DNA of 64,000 nucleotides, taken from Bdellovibrionales bacterium. Lineage in GTDB: Bacteria; Bdellovibrionota; Bdellovibrionia; Bdellovibrionales; UBA1609. Every line of letters begins with the position of its first letter. Within the stretch, counting starts at the first letter, position 1. Below, one piece after another: positions 9,925-19,357 of this stretch. Position numbers and translations under genes: made by a program. Under the pieces are notes generated by a model. That model was given only the letters and a program-made list of their open reading frames with translations, was not told the DNA's origin and did not search any database. Where the stretch lies: positions 96,001-160,000 of the forward strand of contig OZ241329.1 of NCBI GenBank assembly GCA_965199825.1, given 5' to 3'.

Positions 9925-10782
9925 TTAAACGAGAGCTTTTGGAATAGCAATCCAGCCTTCGAGCTTAGGAAAATCCTTGGGCCGTGGCTCGCAATGACCT
10001 TGAAATTGTAAAACCGCGGTCAGTGCACAAATAAATGCTTCAAACGCCTGATTATTTTCAACCATCACCCGTTTATCTTGCTCGTAAACAAATGAGACCT
10101 GGCTCGCGATGATTTGCTCGATGATGGCGCGGCGAGAAACATCTCCACCCACGCTGTGTTTGTGAAAGAGCAGATGCCTTTTATCAACACCAATCGATCT
10201 GCCGATCCGATAAACACTTAAAGTTGGAAACACCTCGATTTTTTTTATATCGATCCTTCGCATGAGATAGTTCATGCGAGCTGTGAGCGGGGCCATATTT
10301 GCGCCGAGGGCATGACCCAGATGAAACGGAATTTCGAGTTCGGTTTGAAGATACTGCTCTACACAGCGCTCGGTGTAGGGAGTAAATAATTTTTTACGCT
10401 TGTCGGTTTTTTTTTGATGATGCTTCCACATCCATAAAATTTCGGGCTCGGTGCAAGTTTCAAAGCCGGGACATTTGCAAGTGCAGTCAAAACATTTTGG
10501 CAAAGTTAATGGGGCATCGAATGCGATCAACTCCACTTTGCCAATACTTTGAATCAGATTGAGAAGTTCGGCGTCCCCGCTGGTGTTAAGCTCACTCGAG
10601 ATCCGGTCAAACAAGCGCGAGAGAAAAATCTTTTTTTGTTGAGGAAAATATTCGATCAATGCCAGCCGTGTGCGGTCGGTTTTTCCACCCCCTAGGGCCA
10701 CTCCTAAAAAGCGGTGAACTTTAAGATCCATTTGGGTATGAGGCGCCCAATCGACATCCTTCGATTTCTTTTTTTTGGCCAT
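9925..10782 (-). CDS. DUF429-like (RNase H-fold) protein with a Cys-rich insertion
   Basis: FLGVALGG, IAFDAPLTLP, IEVFP, AFICALTA, EGWIAIP; CFDCTCKCPGFETC insertion. Confidence 0.7.
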   Translation of the reverse strand: MAKKKKSKDVDWAPHTQMDLKVHRFLGVALGGGKTDRTRLALIEYFPQQKKIFLSRLFDRISSELNTSGDAELLNLIQSIGKVELIAFDAPLTLPKCFDCTCKCPGFETCTEPEILWMWKHHQKKTDKRKKLFTPYTERCVEQYLQTELEIPFHLGHALGANMAPLTARMNYLMRRIDIKKIEVFPTLSVYRIGRSIGVDKRHLLFHKHSVGGDVSRRAIIEQIIASQVSFVYEQDKRVMVENNQAFEAFICALTAVLQFQGHCEPRPKDFPKLEGWIAIPKALV

Positions 10783-11756
10783 TAAAATAAGAGCCTTGCG
10801 TCTAAGACTTTAAATCCTTCGTCGGTGCAGGCTCTTGCCACTTGGGATTTCAATTGGGATTTTGACCAAATAAAAACACAGCCTCCACCGCCGGCTCCAC
10901 AGATCTTGATGGTGTCAGCACCTGACTTGAGTGCAACCTCATCCAGTCGCAAAATCTCTGGGCTCGAAAAAGAATCGGTCAGGAGCAAGCGACATCGCAA
11001 CTCTTCACGCAGACAATCTTTTAAATCTTCAAACCGCTTTTGGGTTAAAACTTTTAGAGTTTTGTGTGAGACATCACGAAGACTTTTTAATGCGCCAAGA
11101 ACAGTGGCATTGCCCTCCACCGCACCCTTGATCACCTGCCAATTATTAAGTCCCGAGTGATGAGGTTGGCCTGTATAAACTAAAGTGATCCGATCGGCCA
11201 ATTCTGTAAGAGGCTCCATTTTAATTGGCTCAAGGCCCCGCGGGCTAAAATGAATCGCATAGAGTCCAGGATCAAACGCGGGCACATAGTCTTGCGTGCC
11301 CGTTGGTTTTTTTAAAACAAAGGCTTCGATATTGTGAGCAATGGTCACTGCGGTTTTGAGATCTAATTTTTGATCTGTGAATTCAGCAAAAGCTTTGATT
11401 AGAGAAATGCATAAGCTTGAGCTTGCACCCAAGCCACCGCCAACAGGGCTTTCGGAGCGGGTCGAAAGCCGGAATCCTTTTTGGGGTTTAAAAAAATTAA
11501 TCACCGCTTTGATCAAACTCAACTGAGGCGAATCATTATTCAAAAATTCGGTTAAATCTTTTACGCTACAACTATAATCAAGATCAGTAACATGGACCTC
11601 AATGCTTTGATCATTCAGTGCTTCAAGATCGGCATAGGTAAAAACATCGATAGACACATTGAGGGTCACACAATCCGAAATTAAATTATAGAGTGGCCAA
11701 CAGTCCAACGTTCCACCCGCAAGGTCGATACGCGTTGGGCTTTTGATTTGAATCAT
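10782..11756 (-). CDS. GHMP-family sugar kinase (HddA/galactokinase-like)
   Basis: PTRIDLAGGTLD, PVGGGLGASSS, GTQD, KICGAGGGG. Confidence 0.85.
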   Translation of the reverse strand: MIQIKSPTRIDLAGGTLDCWPLYNLISDCVTLNVSIDVFTYADLEALNDQSIEVHVTDLDYSCSVKDLTEFLNNDSPQLSLIKAVINFFKPQKGFRLSTRSESPVGGGLGASSSLCISLIKAFAEFTDQKLDLKTAVTIAHNIEAFVLKKPTGTQDYVPAFDPGLYAIHFSPRGLEPIKMEPLTELADRITLVYTGQPHHSGLNNWQVIKGAVEGNATVLGALKSLRDVSHKTLKVLTQKRFEDLKDCLREELRCRLLLTDSFSSPEILRLDEVALKSGADTIKICGAGGGGCVFIWSKSQLKSQVARACTDEGFKVLDARLLF

Positions 11757-13108
11757 TGTTTTGGACTACTTTTGATAAGCGTCTGAAACGGAAGAACACT
11801 AAACGCCCCCGTTTTGACTCCCACCACTTCTTTAACCAAAGAGGTCTTTACAAAATAGGTGGGGGGCGAATTTTTGTCTCGTTGATATTCATCACCCCAA
11901 AACAAGCTGTATACCACACTGCCTTCAGCATCTTTCATCACCACGCTGTTTTTGGGAGGAGTGAGACCTTTGGGTGCGACTTTAAACGAAAAGGTGTCGA
12001 CCTCAAGATTTTTTAGTTTTTCAAAAAGTTCCTGAAGCTTATCCACATCCAATTGTTTTTGCTCAGCAGGTTGTGCAAGTTCCCACGTTGTTCCATTTTT
12101 TTTGACGTCCACCGAAGTGAGTGCTGTGTGGATTGAAACCGTCTGCACTTTTTCGAGATTAAACCGAAAGGGCTCTTTGCGATCTCGCAAATCCAGAGAG
12201 GATTTATTGAGTTTTTCGACAAGAATTCGTGCGACTTTAAAAATTTGTGGTCGTGTGCTGGTGGTCACAAAAAAATCTTCGACTCCGTGTTTTTGACCAA
12301 ACTGGAGCTCGATCGGGGCTTGGTCTTTTTCGGCCAAGGTCAATTTGATTTTAAAAATGGGTTTCTGAAGCCCGGTGTCACTTAAAACTTTTGGATCCTT
12401 AGTTTCGGAAACAAATTGCTGGGCCTTAAGGGCTTTGATGTCGGTGATAAAATTTTCGACCAAGCTTGTTTCAAGAGGAAAACTTGGCCCCTTTTTAAAT
12501 TTCCATTTTTCGCCGTCTTTAACTAAATCAAAATGATCGACCCCATCAACACTCAGTTCTGATAAATTAAAGGATGGAGATAAAATTTGTTTATTGCGGA
12601 AATCAAGCGCCGATTTGGACGCGAGCCTTGTCCATGCCGCGGCCCCAAGATAGAGTTTGTCGCTAAATTTAATATAGGTGCTTCCGTCATAAGCGGTCTT
12701 TGGACTCACCAATAAAACCAAGATTTTTTTAGATGCGGTCGTTAGTTCAAATTTTTGAACCTGGGCACTTTCAAAACCAAATTCTTCCCATTTGATCGCG
12801 CCTTCGGTATCCAAAGTTTTGGCTTTTTGAGATGCGATGTCGTCAACATAGGTACTCACCGCTTGCTCATCAACCTGATCTTCAACTGGACTTTTGAGTT
12901 TCCAGACCGAATCGGTTTTTTCGAGCGCGACTAGGGTCTGATTATTTTGCGACAATTGAATCCGATCAAAATCGGTTTCAGAAAACAAGCGACCCTCTTG
13001 AACTTTTGCAACTTCGTCAGTTTCACTTTGCTTGTATTCGTAAATTGCAAATCCGCCGATGGCTAAAACGAGTGCCACCATAATCCAAGTGGAACCAATT
13101 CTTTTCAC
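11753..13108 (-). CDS. DUF4340-like periplasmic protein with repeated domains, in the Gld ABC cluster
   Basis: N-terminal TM; three repeats ending in (D)FR/LRD-like motifs, with K..xW strands; located after gldG. Confidence 0.7.
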   Translation of the reverse strand: MKRIGSTWIMVALVLAIGGFAIYEYKQSETDEVAKVQEGRLFSETDFDRIQLSQNNQTLVALEKTDSVWKLKSPVEDQVDEQAVSTYVDDIASQKAKTLDTEGAIKWEEFGFESAQVQKFELTTASKKILVLLVSPKTAYDGSTYIKFSDKLYLGAAAWTRLASKSALDFRNKQILSPSFNLSELSVDGVDHFDLVKDGEKWKFKKGPSFPLETSLVENFITDIKALKAQQFVSETKDPKVLSDTGLQKPIFKIKLTLAEKDQAPIELQFGQKHGVEDFFVTTSTRPQIFKVARILVEKLNKSSLDLRDRKEPFRFNLEKVQTVSIHTALTSVDVKKNGTTWELAQPAEQKQLDVDKLQELFEKLKNLEVDTFSFKVAPKGLTPPKNSVVMKDAEGSVVYSLFWGDEYQRDKNSPPTYFVKTSLVKEVVGVKTGAFSVLPFQTLIKSSPKQ

Positions 13109-14661
13109 GCATTCCTCCTACGAAACCAAAGAGTGGCCGAGGTGATCAGCAAAAACAGGGGAAGTAAAATGCAACCAATAAAGATGGCAAACACAGTCAC
13201 TCGGGTTAACACCACTTTTGTGCCCTTAGGAACTGGAGCACGAATCGAAACCAAATCGCCTTGGTTTGCCAAAACCGCGATCGAATTCAGGGCCATATCT
13301 TTGTTGAGGCCCTCGCCAATCGAATGATTGGTTAAAAAATCCGAATCCCCAAACACCACCATCTCAAATTCTTTTTTGCTCTCATCCTTTGAATCGGTTT
13401 TAAGTTTACCCTTAACGTCCACACCTAAAGTCACAGTTCGTAAGGCTACATCACTTTTTGGTTGCTTGAGTTCGAGCATGGTAAAGCTTGAGGGATCGGT
13501 TTGCAAAAATTCGGCGGCTTTCAACTCAGGGTGACCCGCAGTCGCGGGCTTCACTTCGGAAGCTAAATCAAACGAAGTGTAATTGCGGCCGGTTTGAAAG
13601 CGCTTGGTGATATCGCTTGTGGCATCAAACTTTAAACCCATCGCGGTGACAGCACCCTTGCCCAGCAATTTATTATTTATGCTGGCGCTGACGATGTAGT
13701 TGTTCATGTACTCAACACCAAGATTTTTAGTGAGGTTTGCAAGGTTGTGTTTTTGGCCAGGGTCGACAGCAATAAATAATCGCCCGCCACCCTCAGCATA
13801 TTTGTGTAAGACTTCAAGCTCTTGAGGAAACAACTGGCTGGTTGTTCCAACAATCGCCACCACATCGGCGTCTTCGGGAATGACCCCTTTTTCCATTAGA
13901 CTTAATTTTTCAACCGTCATCGCATCGGCCAAAAGATCTTTTTTAAAATCAGAAAGGCCTTCGACGTCTGAGGATTCAAGATCGCGCTCGCCATGGCCTT
14001 GCAAAAAATAAATTTTTCGCGAGGGGTGAGTGGCTTTAATAAATCCTTGGGTGATTTGCTCCTCAGAGAAAGGGGCATCGATCCGAATTTTTTTACCCTG
14101 ATACTCGGCAAAAACAAAAACTTGGGCCTGTTGTTTATCCGGAAGGGCTCCGAGATATTCCTGTGCTTTTAAATTTTCAACGTAAGAGTTGTAGTATCTC
14201 ACTTTGAGTTGCGGATTGGCCTCTTGATAAAGTTCAAAGGCTTGTTTGACTTGGTTTCGTTGCTCGCGCGCATCTTCACCTTTATAAAACACCACCACAT
14301 TCACGTCGCCTTTGAGTTTTTTCAAAATATCAAGGGTTTGAAGTGAAAGAGAATTAAGGCGCTCTTCGGTAAAGTCGGCGGTTTTGTTAAATCGCACACC
14401 AAGATAATTGACCGCAACAAGAAGGATCAATCCAAGAAGGATCATCACTCCCATATTCATGCCGTGTTTGGTTGTTCGCATCGTAAAGAAATCTTTGTAC
14501 AAGCGAAAATCAATAATCACGGCGAGAGCAAAACACACCACTAAGACACCAAGTGGAATGGACATGATATTTGTCCATCCCTCAAGCAAGTAGCGCATCG
14601 ACATCAAAACAATAAGTGCAATTGCACTGACAAATAAAAATGTTTTACCTAATCGACTCAT
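13105..14661 (-). CDS. GldG-family ABC transporter auxiliary component
   Basis: DFTEERLNSLS, IYFLQGHGE, GGRLFIAVDP, VFGDSDFLTN, C-terminal TM ending WFRRR. Confidence 0.85.
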   Translation of the reverse strand: MSRLGKTFLFVSAIALIVLMSMRYLLEGWTNIMSIPLGVLVVCFALAVIIDFRLYKDFFTMRTTKHGMNMGVMILLGLILLVAVNYLGVRFNKTADFTEERLNSLSLQTLDILKKLKGDVNVVVFYKGEDAREQRNQVKQAFELYQEANPQLKVRYYNSYVENLKAQEYLGALPDKQQAQVFVFAEYQGKKIRIDAPFSEEQITQGFIKATHPSRKIYFLQGHGERDLESSDVEGLSDFKKDLLADAMTVEKLSLMEKGVIPEDADVVAIVGTTSQLFPQELEVLHKYAEGGGRLFIAVDPGQKHNLANLTKNLGVEYMNNYIVSASINNKLLGKGAVTAMGLKFDATSDITKRFQTGRNYTSFDLASEVKPATAGHPELKAAEFLQTDPSSFTMLELKQPKSDVALRTVTLGVDVKGKLKTDSKDESKKEFEMVVFGDSDFLTNHSIGEGLNKDMALNSIAVLANQGDLVSIRAPVPKGTKVVLTRVTVFAIFIGCILLPLFLLITSATLWFRRRNA

Positions 14662-14664
14662 TTT

Positions 14665-15435
14665 TTATCTCCACCTTGCCGACTCAACAACCCGTTGAGT
14701 GAGAAAAACAAATAGCGCAATAAAACTTGTCAGAAAAACCACCGAACTCAATTTGATTGAGCCTTTAATAAAATTCATAAATTGAGCACCCAACGAAATG
14801 TGCTCAAACGTTGCTGTCATTAATGGGGAATCCGACATATCCGCACCTTGACTCACAAACCACAAAACCAAATTAAAAATCATTCCTAAAATAACCGCTA
14901 ACACCACCGACTCGGTGAGAGAGGATGCAAACAAACCAACAGCAGCATAAAGTCCCAATACCAAAATCAATCCAAAGTAAGAGGTTGCAAGCGGCCCATA
15001 GGGAAAGCTCGCAAATAGACCGGTGGCCAAGGGATAAATAAATGAAATCGCTGCGAGCGCAATTGCTGCACCAAAAGCGGCCAAGTATTTACCAACCGCA
15101 ATGTCGGTGGCGGTGATCGGAGCTGTGAGAAGCAAATCAAATGTGCGGAGCTTTTTTTCCTCAGATAAGAGTCTCATGGTCAACGCAGGGATTGCCACAA
15201 TACCTATAAGATTGATGAGCGAGATGTGAGCCACAAAAACCGCAAAATGGATATTTTCTTGCTGGCCTCCGCCGCCCATCATGCTGCCCATATGAGCCTT
15301 TTGTGCAAAGCTCACCATATTTCTAAAATAAATGCCGCTCCATAGAGCCGAACAAAATCCTGCAATCAAAAAAAACATCGGACTAAAAACTAAATTTTTA
15401 AAATCTTTTTTAGCGATAACAAAAATAGCGCTCAT
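14665..15435 (-). CDS. ABC-2 type permease (GldF-like)
   Basis: PALTMRLLSEEKKLRTFDLLLTAP, GKYLAA, GLFASSLTES; six TM segments. Confidence 0.88.
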   Translation of the reverse strand: MSAIFVIAKKDFKNLVFSPMFFLIAGFCSALWSGIYFRNMVSFAQKAHMGSMMGGGGQQENIHFAVFVAHISLINLIGIVAIPALTMRLLSEEKKLRTFDLLLTAPITATDIAVGKYLAAFGAAIALAAISFIYPLATGLFASFPYGPLATSYFGLILVLGLYAAVGLFASSLTESVVLAVILGMIFNLVLWFVSQGADMSDSPLMTATFEHISLGAQFMNFIKGSIKLSSVVFLTSFIALFVFLTQRVVESARWR

Positions 15436-16364
15436 ATGGATTTTCCTCCCACAGTGGATGTGAGCTTAATAAAGATATCTTCAAGATTCATGGTTTCGGT
15501 ACGAAGTTCTAAAAGGCCTGCTCCAGCACCGATCACATGTTTTGCAATCACTTCGACTGTTTCATCATTTTGATCGGCATCGATCACAAATCCAGATGCT
15601 TCACCCTCGACTTTGATTACACCTTGAAGCTGCGACAACGAAGTGATCAGTGCGGGTTGGACTTTGCGCACACGAATATGAAGCCGACGTCCCGCAGACA
15701 TTCGAGTGGCAAGACGATCAAGTGTATCTTCGGCCACAATCTTACCCTGATTGATAATGATCACACGCTCGCAGCTCGCTTGAACTTCGGGCAAAATATG
15801 AGTGGATAAAATGATGGTGTGTTGACCTTTGAGAGCTTGAATCAAATGGCGAATCTCTGCCACCTGTTTAGGATCAAGACCAACAGTAGGTTCATCCAAA
15901 ATTAAAATTTCGGGATCACTCACTAGAGCTTGTGCAAGACCCACTCTTTGGCGAAAACCTTTTGAGAGATTTTGGATCAAACGTTTTTTAACTTCGGTCA
16001 GATTTGTTTTTTCAAGTGCCGAATCAACAAGGGATCGAACGCGTTGTGGAGCAACTTTGCGAAGATTTGCAACATAAACTAAGTAATCATCCACCCGCAT
16101 ATCGCCATACACCGGAGGCAACTCGGGCAAATAGCCGATTCTTTTTTTGACCTCAATCGGATTTTCAAAGACATCAAAGCCTGCCACTTGAACTTGGCCC
16201 GAACTCGGCGCCATGTAGCCGGTAATGATTTTCATCGTTGTAGTTTTACCAGCCCCATTCGGGCCCAAAAAACCAACAACCTCGCCTTTGTTCACTTTAA
16301 AGTTGAGGTGGTCAACAGCGAGCCGATCTCCGTAGCTTTTGCTGAGGTCTCTCACTTGGATCAT
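15432..16364 (-). CDS. ABC transporter ATP-binding protein (GldA-like)
   Basis: GPNGAGKTT, LSKGFRQRVGLAQA, ILILDEPT, STHIL; AAGGAG ribosome-binding site. Confidence 0.92.
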   Translation of the reverse strand: MIQVRDLSKSYGDRLAVDHLNFKVNKGEVVGFLGPNGAGKTTTMKIITGYMAPSSGQVQVAGFDVFENPIEVKKRIGYLPELPPVYGDMRVDDYLVYVANLRKVAPQRVRSLVDSALEKTNLTEVKKRLIQNLSKGFRQRVGLAQALVSDPEILILDEPTVGLDPKQVAEIRHLIQALKGQHTIILSTHILPEVQASCERVIIINQGKIVAEDTLDRLATRMSAGRRLHIRVRKVQPALITSLSQLQGVIKVEGEASGFVIDADQNDETVEVIAKHVIGAGAGLLELRTETMNLEDIFIKLTSTVGGKSI

Positions 16365-16433
16365 AAAGTGGTCTCCTTATTTTATAAGCCAACTTTTTAA
16401 AGATTTAAAATTTGGATGGAGTCCCGACTGCTG

Positions 16434-17597
16434 TCAAGATGTAAAGTCGGAGGGAACAAGCAGTGTGCGTGCATTGTGATGAGTCACCCGACCTAATTTA
16501 TCGCCTTTGATTGGACGCACAAAACGACACTCCGCAATCAACACTTCAACGCGGTCATATTTTTTATTCATATTCTTTAACAAAAACATCGCAGCTGTGA
16601 AGAATTCTTTATCTGTGATCGTTCGATTTTTTGATCGAAAAAGGATCGCATGACTCGAAGGCACGTCTTTCAGGTGAATCCAATAATCCCAACTTCGGGC
16701 CTGGCGAAGAAGTGTGAGATTGTCCTTGGCCGACTTTCCCACACGAAGTTCGAGCTGATCGTCCATATGAAGAGTCCGAGCTTTAAAATTTTGGGCCGAC
16801 TTTAAAATCTTTTTTTGCTCTACTGGTTTGTTGACCAACAATTCTTTGAGCCGCGATTGGGTGCGCTCAAGTTTTTGCTCCACTTGCTTGGCTTTAAAAA
16901 AAACATTTTGAATATTTTCGCTCAAAGTTTTGGTTTTATCGATAAAGGATTGGAGGTGCAGCGGAACATCTAGGGTTTGATGTTCGACCAAAAACTGACC
17001 GAGCTCACGAAAAGGCTGAGAGGTTTTTTTATCCAGTTCGGCTCTGACCTTGGCAATCGCTCTTGCATTTTTATCTTCGGCGACTTGGGGTTTGGCGATA
17101 GCTTTTTGTGCAGCCTTCCATTCGTTAAAAATATCTTGAGGTGATCTTAAAGTTTGGTCGGGCATGGCGATCTGAGGCTTCAGTTCACGAGGTTTTTCAA
17201 ACGCCACCGTTTTTTGATCATGAAAAGCCAAAATATTTAATTGCGATGGAATCAGGATCATCTGAATCCGGGCTTGATTGCTAAATTCAAGATCCAAGAC
17301 CCGCCCCAACTCCTCATTTTGCCGAATACTGAGCAAGCGTTTGTCACGAATATGGGCTGCGATAAAAAGGGTGAGTGGTTTTTTTATCGCGAGACCTTTT
17401 GGTTTTTGATCGCCCAAAAAAATGGTGGAGGTCTTAGGACGAAGATCGAGAACAATCCATTTTAAATCACCGCCGCCATAAAAGCCGAGTGAAAAAAAAT
17501 GTTGTGTGAGCTCAATTTCTTGCAGTCTTGAATGAAGCAGAGGTTCAAATGTCAAAAAAATTTGCGACAGTTCCTGTGCATTGGCCGGCTTAAACAT
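16434..17597 (-). CDS. NFACT/Rqc2-like protein with a C-terminal NFACT-R (DUF814) RNA-binding domain
   Basis: RVGKSAKDNLTL...DYWIHLKDVPSSHAIL; N-terminal GRVLDLEF...LNIL. Start taken at ATG 17597. Confidence 0.7.
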   Translation of the reverse strand: MFKPANAQELSQIFLTFEPLLHSRLQEIELTQHFFSLGFYGGGDLKWIVLDLRPKTSTIFLGDQKPKGLAIKKPLTLFIAAHIRDKRLLSIRQNEELGRVLDLEFSNQARIQMILIPSQLNILAFHDQKTVAFEKPRELKPQIAMPDQTLRSPQDIFNEWKAAQKAIAKPQVAEDKNARAIAKVRAELDKKTSQPFRELGQFLVEHQTLDVPLHLQSFIDKTKTLSENIQNVFFKAKQVEQKLERTQSRLKELLVNKPVEQKKILKSAQNFKARTLHMDDQLELRVGKSAKDNLTLLRQARSWDYWIHLKDVPSSHAILFRSKNRTITDKEFFTAAMFLLKNMNKKYDRVEVLIAECRFVRPIKGDKLGRVTHHNARTLLVPSDFTS

Positions 17598-17611
17598 GTT
17601 AGGATTTGTCC

Positions 17612-17863
17612 ATGGCTGAAAGCGTCGCCGACCTTTTTGAAATTTGCAAGGTTCATCTCGATGACAAACAGTTTTTGGATGAGTTGCCCGATCAGTTTGT
17701 GATTTGGGTGAGAGATGATTATTTAAAAAATCTAAAGACTCATCATCAAATACCAACCGGATATGTTGAAGACGTGCGCGAAGAGATCGATTTGCAAATT
17801 GATCAGTGGTTAAGGGTTAAGCTTTACGGCAAAACCCTTATTGAATATCGAAAAAACCTTTAA
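17612..17863 (+). CDS. Small acidic hypothetical protein
   Basis: 83-aa ORF from ATG 17612 with an AGGA site upstream; protein-like composition; fills the gap between minus-strand genes. Confidence 0.6.
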   Translation: MAESVADLFEICKVHLDDKQFLDELPDQFVIWVRDDYLKNLKTHHQIPTGYVEDVREEIDLQIDQWLRVKLYGKTLIEYRKNL

Positions 17864-19182
17864 GGTTGAACCATTTTGGCTGCGGTTTTATAATCCCTAA
17901 AATTTTCGCCCAAAGTTGATTTTGTCATTTTGAGACTGACATCGTTGGCATCAGTGCGCTCAAAGTTAAACGCCGCTTTTTGATTGCTGTCGGGTTCATC
18001 GCGATGAGCATCAACAGTAACAAACACCGAGTGACAATCTTCTGTTGCACAAAGTGCTTCGACTTTTACTTTGTTCGAAATTTTCGCTTTAGTAGTAAAA
18101 TCAATCACGTTATCAAAGGTGGTCATTTTGATCACAGGCTTGTTGTCCGCACCGACTTCGATATCACCAACAGCATAAGCGGTATAAAAGTCTTTTTTGC
18201 GATCATTTTTTGGTGTGATCAGCATCATCAACGAAATGGTAATGGGTCGATTGTCAGGATTGGTAATTTGATTGGCTGATAAACCAAAGATGGTTTGCGA
18301 TGCATCTTTGCTTACGGTTGTAAGAGCGCTATCAATCACTTTTTGTACAGGATCGCTATTTGTGGCTTGCGGAGCAGCTGGTGCAGGTGCAGCGACTGCG
18401 GGTGTCGCTGCTGCGGTTGGTGCAGAGGCTGGAGTGGCTTCGGGAGCCTTATTCAAATCGGCTTTGACATCATCCGAAGCTTTAAACAAAGTGCCAACCG
18501 AAGTGTCGGTTAAACTCTTGATTTTGAAATCAGCCAATTTTTCTTGCTGAACAAAAACGTAGTAGCTTGAATCTTTATCAACACTGACCGAAACAAAAAT
18601 TTCTTTACAATCATCAGTCAAACATGCGGCTTGAACGTCGACCTGAGCAAGCGCTAGAGGCTGTCCCTCTTGGTTTTTGACCGTGTCGAATTTAACAAGC
18701 TCTAAAGGCCACTTGTCGTTCTTCATTGTAAAGGTTCCGGTTGAGAAAGCTTCAACAACTTTGCTGTCGATTTTTAAAATCGATCGAACTTCAATTTTTA
18801 AAGTTTTGTCTGCCGACTCAAGACGAGCGGGAGTGACACCCAAAATTGTTTTGACCGCATCTTGTCCATTAGCTTTGGCCTTTAGAATTTCAAGATCGGA
18901 TTTGAATTTGTCTGCTTGTTGGCCCACTTCGGTTCGGCTCACCTCTAAAGGTGTGCTTGAGACTGTTCCGCCTGAGGCTTGTGTGCCTGTGGCATGTTGA
19001 TCGGCTTGTGAAGTTGCTCCAGGCGCACCACTTGGTGTGGTCTGTGGAGTGACCGCTTTGCGATCCGCCGCTTGTGAAAGATCTGGCTTTGCTCGAAAGC
19101 TATGTTGATCTGTTGGAGCGCAACTCACAACCAAAACGGTTCCTGATACGGCAACAATAACCATAGACGTAAACGTACGCAT
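17860..19182 (-). CDS. Putative lipoprotein with two homologous Cx4C-containing domains and Ala/Pro-rich linkers
   Basis: Lipobox-like VVSC; AACLTDDCKEIFVSV vs ALCATEDCHSVFVTV; AGAGGAG ribosome-binding site. Confidence 0.8.
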   Translation of the reverse strand: MRTFTSMVIVAVSGTVLVVSCAPTDQHSFRAKPDLSQAADRKAVTPQTTPSGAPGATSQADQHATGTQASGGTVSSTPLEVSRTEVGQQADKFKSDLEILKAKANGQDAVKTILGVTPARLESADKTLKIEVRSILKIDSKVVEAFSTGTFTMKNDKWPLELVKFDTVKNQEGQPLALAQVDVQAACLTDDCKEIFVSVSVDKDSSYYVFVQQEKLADFKIKSLTDTSVGTLFKASDDVKADLNKAPEATPASAPTAAATPAVAAPAPAAPQATNSDPVQKVIDSALTTVSKDASQTIFGLSANQITNPDNRPITISLMMLITPKNDRKKDFYTAYAVGDIEVGADNKPVIKMTTFDNVIDFTTKAKISNKVKVEALCATEDCHSVFVTVDAHRDEPDSNQKAAFNFERTDANDVSLKMTKSTLGENFRDYKTAAKMVQP

Positions 19183-19215
19183 AATTTCTCCTCTGTTCTA
19201 CCCACATTGAGTTGA

Positions 19216-19230
19216 GCAAAGCCGATGCCG
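19216..19230 (-). promoter_or_regulatory. Putative sigma54 -24/-12 promoter of the lipoprotein gene
   Basis: Minus strand cGGcatcggctttGC: GG-N10-GC, close to the TGGCAC-N5-TTGC consensus, about 34 nt upstream of the ATG. Confidence 0.6.
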
Positions 19231-19357
19231 TCTTCATTCGGCTCTAAACCATTTAGGTTTTATCAGGTGCCGTTTTTGGGCTTTTCACTCTGCCAAAGTT
19301 TGGCTCTTTTGCTGTCATCGTGACTTCAATTGGGATGTGATATTCAATGCGCGACCT

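Noticed and set aside
16389..16417. Imperfect AT-rich inverted repeat upstream of the gldA-like gene
   Set aside because: Mostly A/T runs, expected by chance at this base composition.
17598..17756. N-terminal extension of the NFACT-like ORF to 17756
   Set aside because: It overlaps the more plausible 83-aa plus-strand gene and does not look like NFACT sequence.
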